From a virus (Duplodnaviria > Caudoviricetes): a DNA stretch of 64,000 nucleotides. The position numbers and the translations under genes are program-made. The notes under the pieces are model-generated. The model ran no database searches and was not told where the DNA came from. It saw only the letters and a program-made list of their open reading frames with translations. The stretch covers positions 1 through 64,000 of IMG/VR virus record IMGVR_UViG_3300037462_000487. One strand, given 5' to 3'. Every line of letters starts with the position of its first letter. The stretch's first letter is position 1. Below are positions 34,601-43,752 of the stretch, one piece after another.

Positions 34601-37264
34601 GACATCGGTAAACAAATCAAAGAAACATTCTTCCAGCTTAAATTCTTAGCGTCGGTTTACCGGGATGAAATTGACCAGTTCTTCACGCAAATGTTCTATA
34701 GACTGCTGTCGATCTTAAATGACATCCGCGCTCGTGCTGAAATTGCAATTAGCGATTTAAAGAGTGCGCTTGGCGATACCGATCCGTCTGCGCAAAGCCT
34801 GGGCAGTTTACAATATTTTGGCTTTCAGGATGCGTTTGCTCAGGTTTCTAAAGACTATTATGAAAACGGCATTGTTGCCGGTAAATCTTTCTGGGAAGGG
34901 CTAAATTCAGTTTACAATAATGCCGAAGACCCTCTGGGGTTGGATATTGTCTTAAAATCCAATCAGGATTTGCTGGAAGCTATGCTCAATGATATGTGGG
35001 GTGGCAGTCTGACTCCGGCAGCCGAAGCGTTTAAAAACGATGCGTTGTTTGTTGAGTCAGTTATTCAAACTTTGAGTCGCGCCGGGCAGATTGACGAATT
35101 TTTCAAACTCGACACGGGTGGCGATATTGAAGCTATCAGTACTCTGCTTAACAGCCCGGAGCTTATTCAGGCACTGGCAACTAATAAAGAATACATCAAC
35201 GACTGGCTGCTCGATATTCAAGCTTTAAAAACAACTTATGCCGAAGGTATTCCACCTGAACTTACCGATGATGTCAAACAACTGGCAACGCAGCTTGACG
35301 TACTGCGCTTAGAGGGAGTAATTGAAGAAACTGACAGCCTGACTCAGGCGTTTGATGCGCTAGGTTACGCTATTGTTGAAAATAATCTGGTGCTGAAAGA
35401 AAATGCTGCCGAAGTAATTAATGCCAGCTATTCACTGGAAGAAATCAATGAAGAAGTTCGGGAAACCGCGTTTGAGGAATTTCATCAGACACTCGAAGAG
35501 GGCACCGAAACCATAGATGAATACGCGCAGGCAGTCAATAAACTAATTCAAACGCTGCAAGAAGCTAACAATACTGCCCGCATTGCCCGTATTGCTCAAT
35601 TACAGGAGCAGCTAGAAACCGGGCAGATTACCGATGCGGTTTTCCGGTTGGAAACAACTGAAGTCATCGAAGACAGCTTTGACTTACTGAGTAAAGACTT
35701 AAACATTGCCCGTGAGCAGCTTTTGAGTGACTTAACTCGCGGCGTAATTGACCCCGAACAGTTCAATCAGCAAATTGAACTGCTGGATAAAGCGTTAGCT
35801 GATGCCAGCGTCACCCGCGATCTGGAACTGACTCGCGTTAACCTGCAAATGAAGCTCAATAACGAAGAAATTACTATTGACGAATTTGCTACATTACTTG
35901 GCGAAGCCGAAAAACTGCTAAAAGAGCATCAAGAAGATGTCGCTGACAATGCAGAAAATACTATCGACATCAACTATCTGACTGGCGACAGCGATCAGCC
36001 TTTGCTGGAAGACCCGACTGGCGAAGAAGATACCGACGTAGAAGACTTGACTGCGGCGGCAGCTAAGGCAGCCGAAGATAAAGCGGCTGCGCTGGAAGAT
36101 TTGCAGCAAGCGCAAGACGATCTGGCGGAAAAAGAACGTGATCTACTCGATCAGATCACCGACCTGGCGACAGACTATCGGCAAAAAGAACTGGAAGCGC
36201 AGCAAAATTTTGAACAGGAAACAGCGCGTAATACTGAAGATTTTTACCGTGAGTCACAGCGTAATGCCGCCGATCACCAACGTCAGTTGCTGGAAATTGA
36301 AAAAAGCAGTTCCGAAGCTATTCAGGATGCGATTGCCAATCGAGATTCAGTTGCCGCCCAGAATGCCGTCCGCAGCCGGGAAACCAGTCTGCGCGAGCAA
36401 GAAGACCAGTACACGCTCGAACAACAACGTCGGGCAGAAGACTTTGCCCTGTCTGAACAGCGTCGTCAGGAAGAATACCAGCGCAATCGCACCGCTGCTT
36501 ATAACGAAGCGGTTGCCCGTCGCGCCGAACTAATGGAACAACTGACGCTGGCGCGGACTGAAGGGCAGGAAAAAATTCGGTTGGCGCAGGCAGCAGTTAA
36601 CCAGATGATTCAGGCAGAACGTACCGCCGCTGCCGAAAGACTGCGGGCAATGGGTGTCTTCGGGCAGAATGGTTCGCAGATTGTCAACAGCTTTGTCAGC
36701 ACCGCACTAAATGCCTTAAATGCTCTGGTGCCGGGTTCGGCTTCGGCGTTAAACTCGCTGGCAAATGTGGTTTCAGGAGCAGTTAATTCGCTGCTTGGTC
36801 GCACGCCGGCAATTGGCCCGGCTCCGGCTCCCGTGTCTTTGCCGGGAGTACCGGCTGCGCCGGTTAACCCCTTTGTTAATGCCGGTTTAGCCAGCCCGGC
36901 GCTTACCCGCCCCTCATCCAGCAGCTTCCTGGGCAGCGCGTTAGGCAGCATCACCCGCATTCTTGGCGGACGCGAATCGGGGGGTATGGTGAGTTCAGCC
37001 GGAGCGTATGAAGTCATGGAACGGCAAAAGCCGGAACTGCTGTCAATCAAAGGCAAGCATTATCTCATGTCTCCTGGTTATGGCAAAGTCACTCCGCCGC
37101 GGGTAGCTGCGGCAGGTATGGGAGGCAGCAATCTGGTAGTCAACGTTGACCTGTCCGGGATGCAGTTTAACAATGCCAGCACGGAACCTAAAGAACTGGC
37201 AGCAATGGTAGAACGTCAGGTTGTTAGCGGCTTAACTTCAGCGCTGAAACGGTTACGGGGGTAA
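28601..37264 (+). CDS. Tape measure protein (2887 aa)
   Basis: Very long helical Ala/Leu/Ile-rich ORF, GAGGA RBS, TP901-type core (EALQATLELAKAG...LADLAGL...LEDAGIRGSDAGTALR), hydrophobic centre, C-terminal RESGGMV...YEVMERQKPEL motif. Confidence 0.93.
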   Translation: MADVRIATGLPDDLVNSLNALSTTLTAIDSQLTKNIAHMKAVNAAFTNSNSVKNLIDSLKQFTKVETDPIKTVSAVLLELFESLKKVNALSGPVKNSINAMASFMRALALVAKHLEQLKTTDAAGSLTVVSTIVTGLSQFIRGIEALDFSKIKPLRSTINAVSDIVNAIVRVMVTQVTELKTNNLPLLIESFGALIQAFSNKITIDKRVFNAFAGLKKLQDIDFSKTIDSINRMVTQLLTLDQKIPATLDTKNLKNKLKSIIPTIIWVSRSFFNFSKQLTGSRLSIKTQEILKNFFEITKAVTRVFSTIANLQNVMNSLKSVTKVNTYGLSDFIKSLADNKDTSLLGIFKNAGKSFASFSLSSLNKIFTSKFVELVPIFEALKYIFNEIGKLMGGVTNFKGIEKLHEIATAVASLVKTVPLYLQLSRSKEITPGILAQLSRRFRILPRLFGVIRQIVFSFARMTGRAIDIRGMENLPKIAEAIQALVKAVPVLLKTIKSDIGPGPINFAVRSMLLIPRLMGVIRQVVRGIARIVGKSLDIEGIKSLPAIAQAVARVVRTVPLVISAARQLNPGPIGYAKRTLLQIPRFFGVFSQITKSLNKVTGRVTDLEKTKAVVNLVKDIVALTRLASVENATIGDFRNFQRATKEIVNSLDAINRVRIDQSTALTVKHIEILQQKLKQTEHSQISLAETSEVSMTRLNRAFVVLADNSPLLAVLATYSLKLVGLKKQVLETMRVVGNSLRQMGEDIVTASQTIFNNFSINKIINSSGAAEALEFDDIRQQIKVFASELTTQLPAVEEFANFIGQKYPLSSNEALQATLELAKAGQSFAAIKNILPNAADLAGLSETKDLKTSTNFLIAAAGQYKQFSETVAGGFQNSAFAADAVFNAANMSTAGINSLMEGLTRVGPAANNFGASLDEVVITLSRLEDAGIRGSDAGTALRAVFTGISNAKGQKELKRLGVAFQNVDGSIRNLGDIIADVQRRYKELGYSQADILKSTSQFGDELARTGFNILRNSKDITQGVTELNAAIAGGSTASIAMTNVMSSLKGIIEQIRGSVSTLLTKVFLPIFDRFVKPLATAVLALVNSLLELPDSVLETVGFFIAFAAAAATLLATLMLVVGAITTLSGFVLSAAGTIGLLMSNLYLMAGSLFGLFSSVIILIPVLTTLITVFTGLSYSVTRVFRLIEDATTHSNKSFIAFQTAVSTTFSELQRIFKLVQAVFIAFVRSMTEFNSTTQDLQLAGVFDRVTNSITNLNNNLKKIDLNTVVNAVKQLSIYLKPLFSGAANAGAGLFSIILGDFEGGVQTLEKGLSSIGLAFSRFLSDFAGFDLTKALIYFESNDLNKGVQFFVEEFLGSIRNAIDNNAEALTAVGAKILNFFNPLKSFSQLTGLLGFNNLSLQLNELAVNVENGFRVIISVIIEFIRGTKDASEILGTFFGSIGTAVGNLLEALYGIAVSIGDVFTSIFSVFNRGIATTPEQQASVEETVNWYDGIVKIIDNVTGVLNTLNTDVIQVFARNVPLILNKVATFIQGILDYFSTAINSIPVILGVVVNFLKQLVGVFSGEINISQAINDFLTNLQISLSSISLILGAFFERLGVDIQSNTIYMLSKAFNEQDFGQIILKVLLFVPELLYEGFSKVFDELLKLFPNRIAGAIAIASIAVLAGAVSILAFNTLPLIVTSAVGILQSLLLPPITALGRLLGFTLAGSIPTGFLVAAAAVVGVLGVAIAALVNSAISGPTKNIIERAGKTAGTTFTNAAEAEAKKFKTKFTGIVEDAMTSSEVLAQQRNPVNILNALLPADNMITQFTSRLSDVIAVVKGVLEQVLNQIFGEGTFFIKPFIAVLELPFNAIAAAISLIIPLIKNLILFIVQALQVVTAIVNQLIKIGLGVISGVFKTIEIAIKTVTGLLISLPQPVKDAALAFTLLAAAIKLVGKSVNTAGGMFKASAILIIFQAFVSLLRGLDDMFKNGLISGILTFFEDFTGALLNFFSPIVGTDIGKQIKETFFQLKFLASVYRDEIDQFFTQMFYRLLSILNDIRARAEIAISDLKSALGDTDPSAQSLGSLQYFGFQDAFAQVSKDYYENGIVAGKSFWEGLNSVYNNAEDPLGLDIVLKSNQDLLEAMLNDMWGGSLTPAAEAFKNDALFVESVIQTLSRAGQIDEFFKLDTGGDIEAISTLLNSPELIQALATNKEYINDWLLDIQALKTTYAEGIPPELTDDVKQLATQLDVLRLEGVIEETDSLTQAFDALGYAIVENNLVLKENAAEVINASYSLEEINEEVRETAFEEFHQTLEEGTETIDEYAQAVNKLIQTLQEANNTARIARIAQLQEQLETGQITDAVFRLETTEVIEDSFDLLSKDLNIAREQLLSDLTRGVIDPEQFNQQIELLDKALADASVTRDLELTRVNLQMKLNNEEITIDEFATLLGEAEKLLKEHQEDVADNAENTIDINYLTGDSDQPLLEDPTGEEDTDVEDLTAAAAKAAEDKAAALEDLQQAQDDLAEKERDLLDQITDLATDYRQKELEAQQNFEQETARNTEDFYRESQRNAADHQRQLLEIEKSSSEAIQDAIANRDSVAAQNAVRSRETSLREQEDQYTLEQQRRAEDFALSEQRRQEEYQRNRTAAYNEAVARRAELMEQLTLARTEGQEKIRLAQAAVNQMIQAERTAAAERLRAMGVFGQNGSQIVNSFVSTALNALNALVPGSASALNSLANVVSGAVNSLLGRTPAIGPAPAPVSLPGVPAAPVNPFVNAGLASPALTRPSSSSFLGSALGSITRILGGRESGGMVSSAGAYEVMERQKPELLSIKGKHYLMSPGYGKVTPPRVAAAGMGGSNLVVNVDLSGMQFNNASTEPKELAAMVERQVVSGLTSALKRLRG

Positions 37265-37269
37265 CAACT

Positions 37270-37698
37270 ATGGCAGTAATCAAAGATTATTTTCCAATGC
37301 TGGCTGCCGGTGAAAACAATGCTTTGCAGCTAAAACCGCTGCATCACTGGCAGCCACCAGCATTTGAATTGTATGAAAATTACATTGATGCTGTCTGGTA
37401 TACCAGCGAAACGCAGGAAGAAAGTGGTAAAAAACGCACCGTGCCGGTGGGTTTGCCGTATGTCATCTGGCGCTTTCCGGCGCTGACGCAAAAGGAATTT
37501 CAATTGCTAAAGACTACTCTGGGAATGACTTCGCAGCGAGACGCACTCTGTACGCTGCGAGCGTTTGATCCGTACTCAGCTATCTGGGGCAACTACAACG
37601 CAGTGTTTAAAATGCCTGACGACATCGGGCAAAAGTATAATGGCTATGAATGGCGCGAACTGGAATTTCGGTTTCTTGACTTACGGATCATTCCTTGA
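37270..37698 (+). CDS. Putative distal tail (Dit-like) protein
   Basis: 142 aa immediately after TMP; synteny. Confidence 0.55.
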   Translation: MAVIKDYFPMLAAGENNALQLKPLHHWQPPAFELYENYIDAVWYTSETQEESGKKRTVPVGLPYVIWRFPALTQKEFQLLKTTLGMTSQRDALCTLRAFDPYSAIWGNYNAVFKMPDDIGQKYNGYEWRELEFRFLDLRIIP

Positions 37699-37723
37699 CA
37701 AAAATACCTGGCTGTGCTATAAT
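37695..37723 (+). promoter_or_regulatory. Sigma70-type promoter
   Basis: TTGACA-17-TATAAT with TG. Confidence 0.82.
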
Positions 37724-37753
37724 TTTTAGCTGCTCGCCACTTTGAGGTAATAT

Positions 37754-40700
37754 ATGCCGCAACTGACAACGACTGAAGACACCGCTATTCGCACTTTTCC
37801 GCAGACAACGCGCAAGTATTTGTCGGTGTTCCCGGAAATTGTGTTGTTTAGCGCCCGCATTGATGGCGTGGCAGAAACTACCAGCACCCCTACTGCAACT
37901 GCCGGTATATTTCTGGATAGCATCAGCAGCAGCATTTTTATGTTTCGGTATAAAGACTCTTCCGGCGACCCGGAAAACTGCTATGAAGGGATGCGGATTC
38001 TGGTAGGAACTACTCCCGGCGGCAAAGAAATTGGCACGACAACGCTGCGAGGTCCAATTGACGATGTTAATTTACTTATTCCTATTAATGAAACGCCTTA
38101 CGGTCAGTTAACGGCTGTCGATGAAGCGTATATTACCGTTATTGAAAATTTTTGCCCCGCGCAGCGTACTCTGCGTTTGCAAGCGCTTAGCAAAGGTTCC
38201 AGCGGAATTTTGACTGACTTTATCGAATATCACGACTATGATGAAGTCTATGTCGATCAAAATGTTAACATTGTGCCGATTGCCAATATCAATCGCCCTT
38301 CTACCGAACCTGGGCGAAAACTATACGCGCAAAGTGCTGGCTTTGTCGATGCTACGACTGAAATGCTGCGACTGAAATTTACCGCTATTCACAGTCGGGC
38401 AATGGTTGGCACCAATCCGCTGCAATATGAATGGTCAATTGGCGACGGTACTTACGTCACCGGCAGTGCCACTACCGCCGAAATCGAAGTTGATTTTCCA
38501 GTAGGAGCGCGACATATTCGCCTGATTGTCACCGATACCGTGACGGGCAAAAAATCACCTGCGCGGTACCATCCGGTAATTGCCCACGACCGCACCACCT
38601 TTACCCCCTTTGAAAACAATGATCGTGGCTTCAACTGCGAAAAAGATAGCCGCAAAGAAGGGCGACGGATGTCGTTTCGGATTTTCGGGCAAAACGAAAC
38701 GGCAACCGATGCCGATTTACCGTATGGCGCTCTCATTGTCTATTGGGAAGAACCGTATTTTTATACTTCTGCGCCGCCGGAAACCTACGTCGGGCAGTTC
38801 ACCGGCTGGTTGTTTGTTAAGTCAATTACGCCGGTTAAGAACGCCGGTACCGTGACAATTGATGTTCTGGGAGTCGAAGGCTGGTTGAGTGAAGTCGTCA
38901 ATGGCTTTAACACACAGCTTACTGACTTTAACCGCCTGCCGCGTAAATGGTTTGAAATGGAAGACATTACCTGCAACAAAGTTATTCACTATCTGCTGCG
39001 CGAGTATTCAACAGCTTTGCTCTCCGCTAATCTGTATTTACCGCTAATAGACGGCGCAACAGATCGCGCCGAAACCGCCGCTAAAGACAAATTATTTAAT
39101 CAGCTTACTACCGTAGCTGCCGCGTATGGCAACCTGTGTCGAGCAGACAGCAACAACGGCATCTGGATTGAGCAAGACGTGTATTACCTGACTGACCGCA
39201 GTACAGTACCCGTCATTACGATCTTAACTGCCAGTGACTTAACGCTGGATGGGTTAAGCGTGACTCAACGTGAAGCTCGCAGTGTCGGGCTGGTTATTGG
39301 CAGCGGCAGTTCGTGGGACGGCGTAGCAGCGGAACCGGTGTTAATGAAGTCTCACGCTCCCGGTAACTATGCCGGCGATGGCGACGGGCAGGAAGAATTT
39401 TTCTGGCGAGTCGATTCACAAACAGAACTCAATTACAAAACCGGGCAGCTTTATGCCCGTCGCAACAGTCGCTTTGAAAGCATCTCCGTGACGCTCATTG
39501 GTAACTACGATGTTTTTGAAGCAGCCTGGGGCGAACTGGTACAGCTTGAATATAACGAAGACAACACTGCCGGTTATGTCATTCCATCTTCGCTGACTTT
39601 TGTCATTGAAGATGTGAGTGTCGCTCACAGCAATTCCGAAAAGTCGCCTTCTAAACGTATCACTTTAACGCTGGCAGAATTGACTGACGGGGTTCCGGGG
39701 TTAACTCAGAAAATTGAAAAAGAAGAATGGGTGGCTCCGTCACCGGTCGATACCGGCAACTGGACAGTTGCACCGCTGCCGCCGCTGCCCGACACCGGGT
39801 TCACTATTGCCGATTTTACGCCGCCGGTAACACCGGAAAATCCTACTCCCGATCCGCTGCCAGTCGGGTTCTGTGTGACGGCAACTGGCAACGATCTGTA
39901 CCGTACTTTTGAATTTCTCAGCGATGATGTTGTCTGGCAAAAAGTAACACCGCCGGCAGAAAAAGGTATGCTGCTAGATTACTGCGCGAAACTCAATCCG
40001 GCAACAACCGGTAATGTGGTAGCTTATGCTTTTTACCTGACTTCACCAACAACTTTTACTTTCTGGCGCTGCTCCAATATTAAAGCTCCGACTGTATCCT
40101 GGACAAAAGAGGCTACCCGCTCTTTTTCCGGGGGAGCCTTTAACAATGTCGGCACGATTGATTGCAGCGCTAACGGCGTATTTGCCGCTGCCGCCTGGCT
40201 CTGTGAAAACGGTGTGCGAGTCTTTTTTCGGGATAACGGAGTCTGGTCTGCCAGCGCTACTGCCTGCGGTTCACTCACTACCACCGATGCTAACTTTTCC
40301 AGCAAAGATTTACAGCTACTGGTAGATGGAACTCGCACAGTATGCAGCGGCTTACACACCACCAGCAACAAATATCAATTGTTCACGTCAACTGCCGGCG
40401 GCGCGTTTAGTGTTATCAGCGGCAGCCCGACTTTTGATGCTCCCTGCTGCTCGCTAACTGCCCGCGGCACAACGCTGTATTTATCGTCCTGGGCAGGCGC
40501 TCTGGCAGAAGACGCGAAAGAAGAAGAAGCTCGCTCGATTGAAGGCAGTGAAACACCAGCCGACGGCGGCGTACCCGGCGGTGCTTACGATTGCGGAAGC
40601 TGGTCACGCACATATCGTCTTGATGGCGAAACTCTACCACCCGAAGTCAGTGTCACCAGAGGTACCTTTACCGCAGGTGTGGGGGTGATGGGTAACTTTG

Positions 40701-42802
40701 CCGGTGGTGTAAGCGGTGTTAGCCTCACTATTACCGAAGCGGTAGCGTATACTTTAAGTGGTATTACGTTTGATGCCGATTTAACAATTGCTGTCGGCGG
40801 CACTTCGCGGGGTTTCTATGAAAATGCCGCGTTTAGTCTGGCAGACAATCTGCCGGTGGGTTCCTACAATGGAGCACGATTTTACGGTTTTACCGATATT
40901 CCCGGTGTAACCGTCATCAATCCGGTTGTGCAGTCTGCCACTGTCACGGATAGTGGCTCGTCGGTAGTAAGAGCAATTACCGTTCACGGTAAGGGCTTTG
41001 AACCCGGAATGCCAACAGAAATTATAACTATGGACGCAGCTAACCCCCCAACCGATTTGAGTATTGCACACGGTACAATAGACAGTGGAGGTTTCTTCGA
41101 CTCAGGTATTCGTTTTGCTCCTGGTTATGGCAACGTCTCCTGGATTATCTGCGAAGGCAAATTCCCCGTCAGCGGCTTAACGCAAGTCAAAGTGTTTTAC
41201 GACAGCCCCGATGTCGAAGCAATTGAACTATGGATCGGCGATGACTCGCTGGTAGAAAGCTTTGCGTATCCGGTGCCTGACGGGGGTGAATACTCATTTA
41301 CTTTGCCAACTTTAACTCCACTCTGTGGCGACACTTTTATTTTAAACACCCGTGTCGCTACCGGCCCGTGGGGCGGCGGCGGCAACGTTTCACCGTTTAA
41401 ACTGTTACGAATAGAATTTACACAATACGAATCTAGTATCCCTAATTCCAGCAGCCCATCTAGCAACAACGCGGAAAAAACAGTCACTTCTTCGCCGGAG
41501 TTCACCGACGGCGCAACGTATCCTTTAATCTGGGACACTAAAGACGATGATCCCAAACATTTCAGTGAAACTGATGGTTTTGTCACGTTACGCTGGACGT
41601 TTGATCCTTCACAGCCGGTAGATTTTTCCCAGGTTAACTGGTACACCTACATTAAATACTTAAGTGATGACTCAACTAAACCGGAAAACAACACCCGACT
41701 GGTAGTTAAATGGAATTTAAGCGCCAAGTTTCAGGGGCAAACCGAACTAGTCAAAAAAAGCGGCAGCGTCACGTTTGTCAGAGCAGGTACCAGCGTCTCC
41801 GGTACTGTAGGTAATTATACCCGCGTTGCTCGTTCCAGTGATATGCTCAGTGGCATTACCACTACCGGCAAACGACTGGAATATCTGGAAGCCAGAGCGG
41901 AAATTGTGCCAACTGCCGTTGGGCTGGCAACTCCTTTCCGCGAAACACTGAAAGTGCCGGTAGATGGTACTACCGTAGCTACCAAAGGTAAAACTACGGT
42001 AGGCACCTCTTACCGGGTCAAAGTATCAGGAACCGCAATTTACGGCGATGTACCACCACAACCTTTTGTCGTCTATACTGACGGTGTTTACTCATCAACT
42101 ACGGCTGGCGGAGGTGGGTGGGCGCTGCAACCTGATGTGCGTTTGCAGATGAACGGTGTAGATTTGTCAGCGCCGGCTTACAATCCGGCACATGAATATG
42201 TTTTTACTCTGGCGGGTACGGGTAATGCGATTGAATTTCGTTTTCGAGATGTTGATACTTCACCCGGACTTTACCACACTGACAACACGGGGGAATTAAA
42301 GGTTGAAGTAGAAGAAGTCAGCACTGAAACCAAACGTGAATGGCGCATTGAGTTTGGCCCCTACGGTGCATCTGGCTCCCCCAGAGTAGTCGAGCGAACC
42401 GCCAGCAGCGGCAGTCGTAGCTGTCTGTATCGCGTCGCTAACTACGCCACGACACCTGTTTTCACCAATATTACACCCACTAACAAAAAGGTGTCACAGA
42501 AAAAGCACGGTTTAACTGTCGATAAAATCACCGCCGGAACACTGTACGTGTGTGGACAGCTTGACAGCGAACCTGCCTGGGTTATGAAATCAACAGACAA
42601 TGGTGTGACCTGGCAGGATGTCGATCAGTCAGGTGCAAACTGGATCATTGTCTTTGATGTGGTTAAATTACAGGGTTCCAGCAATCTGCTGCGATTTACT
42701 CCCGACAATACCACGACTCCGGTTTCGCGCATTGGTGATTTGTACCGGGAAAATGCCGGCAGAACTCCCTATATTCGACATTGTACTCTGGCGGTAGACT
42801 GA
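37754..42802 (+). CDS. Large tail tip/baseplate hub-receptor-binding protein (1682 aa)
   Basis: PKD-like YEWSIGDG...IRLIVTDTVTG, Pro-rich linker, propeller-type motifs (KSTDNGVTW), beta-rich C-terminal modules. Confidence 0.75.
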   Translation: MPQLTTTEDTAIRTFPQTTRKYLSVFPEIVLFSARIDGVAETTSTPTATAGIFLDSISSSIFMFRYKDSSGDPENCYEGMRILVGTTPGGKEIGTTTLRGPIDDVNLLIPINETPYGQLTAVDEAYITVIENFCPAQRTLRLQALSKGSSGILTDFIEYHDYDEVYVDQNVNIVPIANINRPSTEPGRKLYAQSAGFVDATTEMLRLKFTAIHSRAMVGTNPLQYEWSIGDGTYVTGSATTAEIEVDFPVGARHIRLIVTDTVTGKKSPARYHPVIAHDRTTFTPFENNDRGFNCEKDSRKEGRRMSFRIFGQNETATDADLPYGALIVYWEEPYFYTSAPPETYVGQFTGWLFVKSITPVKNAGTVTIDVLGVEGWLSEVVNGFNTQLTDFNRLPRKWFEMEDITCNKVIHYLLREYSTALLSANLYLPLIDGATDRAETAAKDKLFNQLTTVAAAYGNLCRADSNNGIWIEQDVYYLTDRSTVPVITILTASDLTLDGLSVTQREARSVGLVIGSGSSWDGVAAEPVLMKSHAPGNYAGDGDGQEEFFWRVDSQTELNYKTGQLYARRNSRFESISVTLIGNYDVFEAAWGELVQLEYNEDNTAGYVIPSSLTFVIEDVSVAHSNSEKSPSKRITLTLAELTDGVPGLTQKIEKEEWVAPSPVDTGNWTVAPLPPLPDTGFTIADFTPPVTPENPTPDPLPVGFCVTATGNDLYRTFEFLSDDVVWQKVTPPAEKGMLLDYCAKLNPATTGNVVAYAFYLTSPTTFTFWRCSNIKAPTVSWTKEATRSFSGGAFNNVGTIDCSANGVFAAAAWLCENGVRVFFRDNGVWSASATACGSLTTTDANFSSKDLQLLVDGTRTVCSGLHTTSNKYQLFTSTAGGAFSVISGSPTFDAPCCSLTARGTTLYLSSWAGALAEDAKEEEARSIEGSETPADGGVPGGAYDCGSWSRTYRLDGETLPPEVSVTRGTFTAGVGVMGNFAGGVSGVSLTITEAVAYTLSGITFDADLTIAVGGTSRGFYENAAFSLADNLPVGSYNGARFYGFTDIPGVTVINPVVQSATVTDSGSSVVRAITVHGKGFEPGMPTEIITMDAANPPTDLSIAHGTIDSGGFFDSGIRFAPGYGNVSWIICEGKFPVSGLTQVKVFYDSPDVEAIELWIGDDSLVESFAYPVPDGGEYSFTLPTLTPLCGDTFILNTRVATGPWGGGGNVSPFKLLRIEFTQYESSIPNSSSPSSNNAEKTVTSSPEFTDGATYPLIWDTKDDDPKHFSETDGFVTLRWTFDPSQPVDFSQVNWYTYIKYLSDDSTKPENNTRLVVKWNLSAKFQGQTELVKKSGSVTFVRAGTSVSGTVGNYTRVARSSDMLSGITTTGKRLEYLEARAEIVPTAVGLATPFRETLKVPVDGTTVATKGKTTVGTSYRVKVSGTAIYGDVPPQPFVVYTDGVYSSTTAGGGGWALQPDVRLQMNGVDLSAPAYNPAHEYVFTLAGTGNAIEFRFRDVDTSPGLYHTDNTGELKVEVEEVSTETKREWRIEFGPYGASGSPRVVERTASSGSRSCLYRVANYATTPVFTNITPTNKKVSQKKHGLTVDKITAGTLYVCGQLDSEPAWVMKSTDNGVTWQDVDQSGANWIIVFDVVKLQGSSNLLRFTPDNTTTPVSRIGDLYRENAGRTPYIRHCTLAVD

Positions 42803-43752
42803 TGTCTAAATTACCTGTCGATACACCGCGTCTGTACGAAGAATTTGAAGAAACGCTGCGTGAAGTTGTTTCGCAGACAGTCAATACGTATCGAGATTTT
42901 GGCTACCTGGGTTACGAAGTTAATGGTGTGTTTTCCGTCATCTCCCCGGATAACCCCGCCAAGTTCTACGTCACCATGAAAGATGGCTCTTTTAAAGAAG
43001 TTTTTCATCGTGGCAAAGTCGCTCCCAATCCGCAAATGCCGGTTGAAATCCGCTACGTTAATGACGATCCGACTCAGGATCGCAGCGGCTACATCTATGG
43101 CGTTAACGAAGACGAAATTCGCAGCTATTCTAACAAGATAACTGCCAGCGCTAACGTCGGTATTCACAGTCATCATCGGGGATCGGGAATGGAGTTCCCG
43201 GTTGACTTGCGACTCATCTACCAGTTGTCAGTACGCCCTTCTCCGGGGACTATGGTCGTCAACGTCAACAGCGGGTTTTATTTCAATGCCAGCAATGCTT
43301 TGCGCTGGTACGCTGGCGGTGCGCTGAATTTAACCAGTTTAAAACCAGTTGCCGCTGCCTACAAGCGATGGGTGTTAATCGGACTTGATCCGGCTACCAG
43401 TACGCTGGTAACAGCCGCCAGTACGCCAGTGCCGGGTTTTGCCACGCTAACCGAAGCAGTCATTGAAACGCTGACGTTAACTCCGGCTGACAGCATCCCA
43501 CTGGCGGCGGTAAAGGTTTTTCAAAACAAAAACAGTCTGTATGAGATGGATTTTGTCGCGTTGTATCGCATTGCGGCAATGGCAGGGGCTGCCGGCAGCG
43601 GCGACAGCAACCTCATTGGTTATCCTAATCCGGTGACTGAGCCATGGCTCATTCCGGCAGGGCGAGAGATGCTGGTAAATGCTATCGAAATTGCCAGCGG
43701 CGGCGAATTTGAAATTATCGGTAATCTGGTTGTAATCGGGGAGTATGATTAA
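42802..43752 (+). CDS. Putative minor tail/baseplate protein
   Basis: TGATG-coupled start at 42802; lies within the tail module. Confidence 0.6.
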   Translation: MSKLPVDTPRLYEEFEETLREVVSQTVNTYRDFGYLGYEVNGVFSVISPDNPAKFYVTMKDGSFKEVFHRGKVAPNPQMPVEIRYVNDDPTQDRSGYIYGVNEDEIRSYSNKITASANVGIHSHHRGSGMEFPVDLRLIYQLSVRPSPGTMVVNVNSGFYFNASNALRWYAGGALNLTSLKPVAAAYKRWVLIGLDPATSTLVTAASTPVPGFATLTEAVIETLTLTPADSIPLAAVKVFQNKNSLYEMDFVALYRIAAMAGAAGSGDSNLIGYPNPVTEPWLIPAGREMLVNAIEIASGGEFEIIGNLVVIGEYD

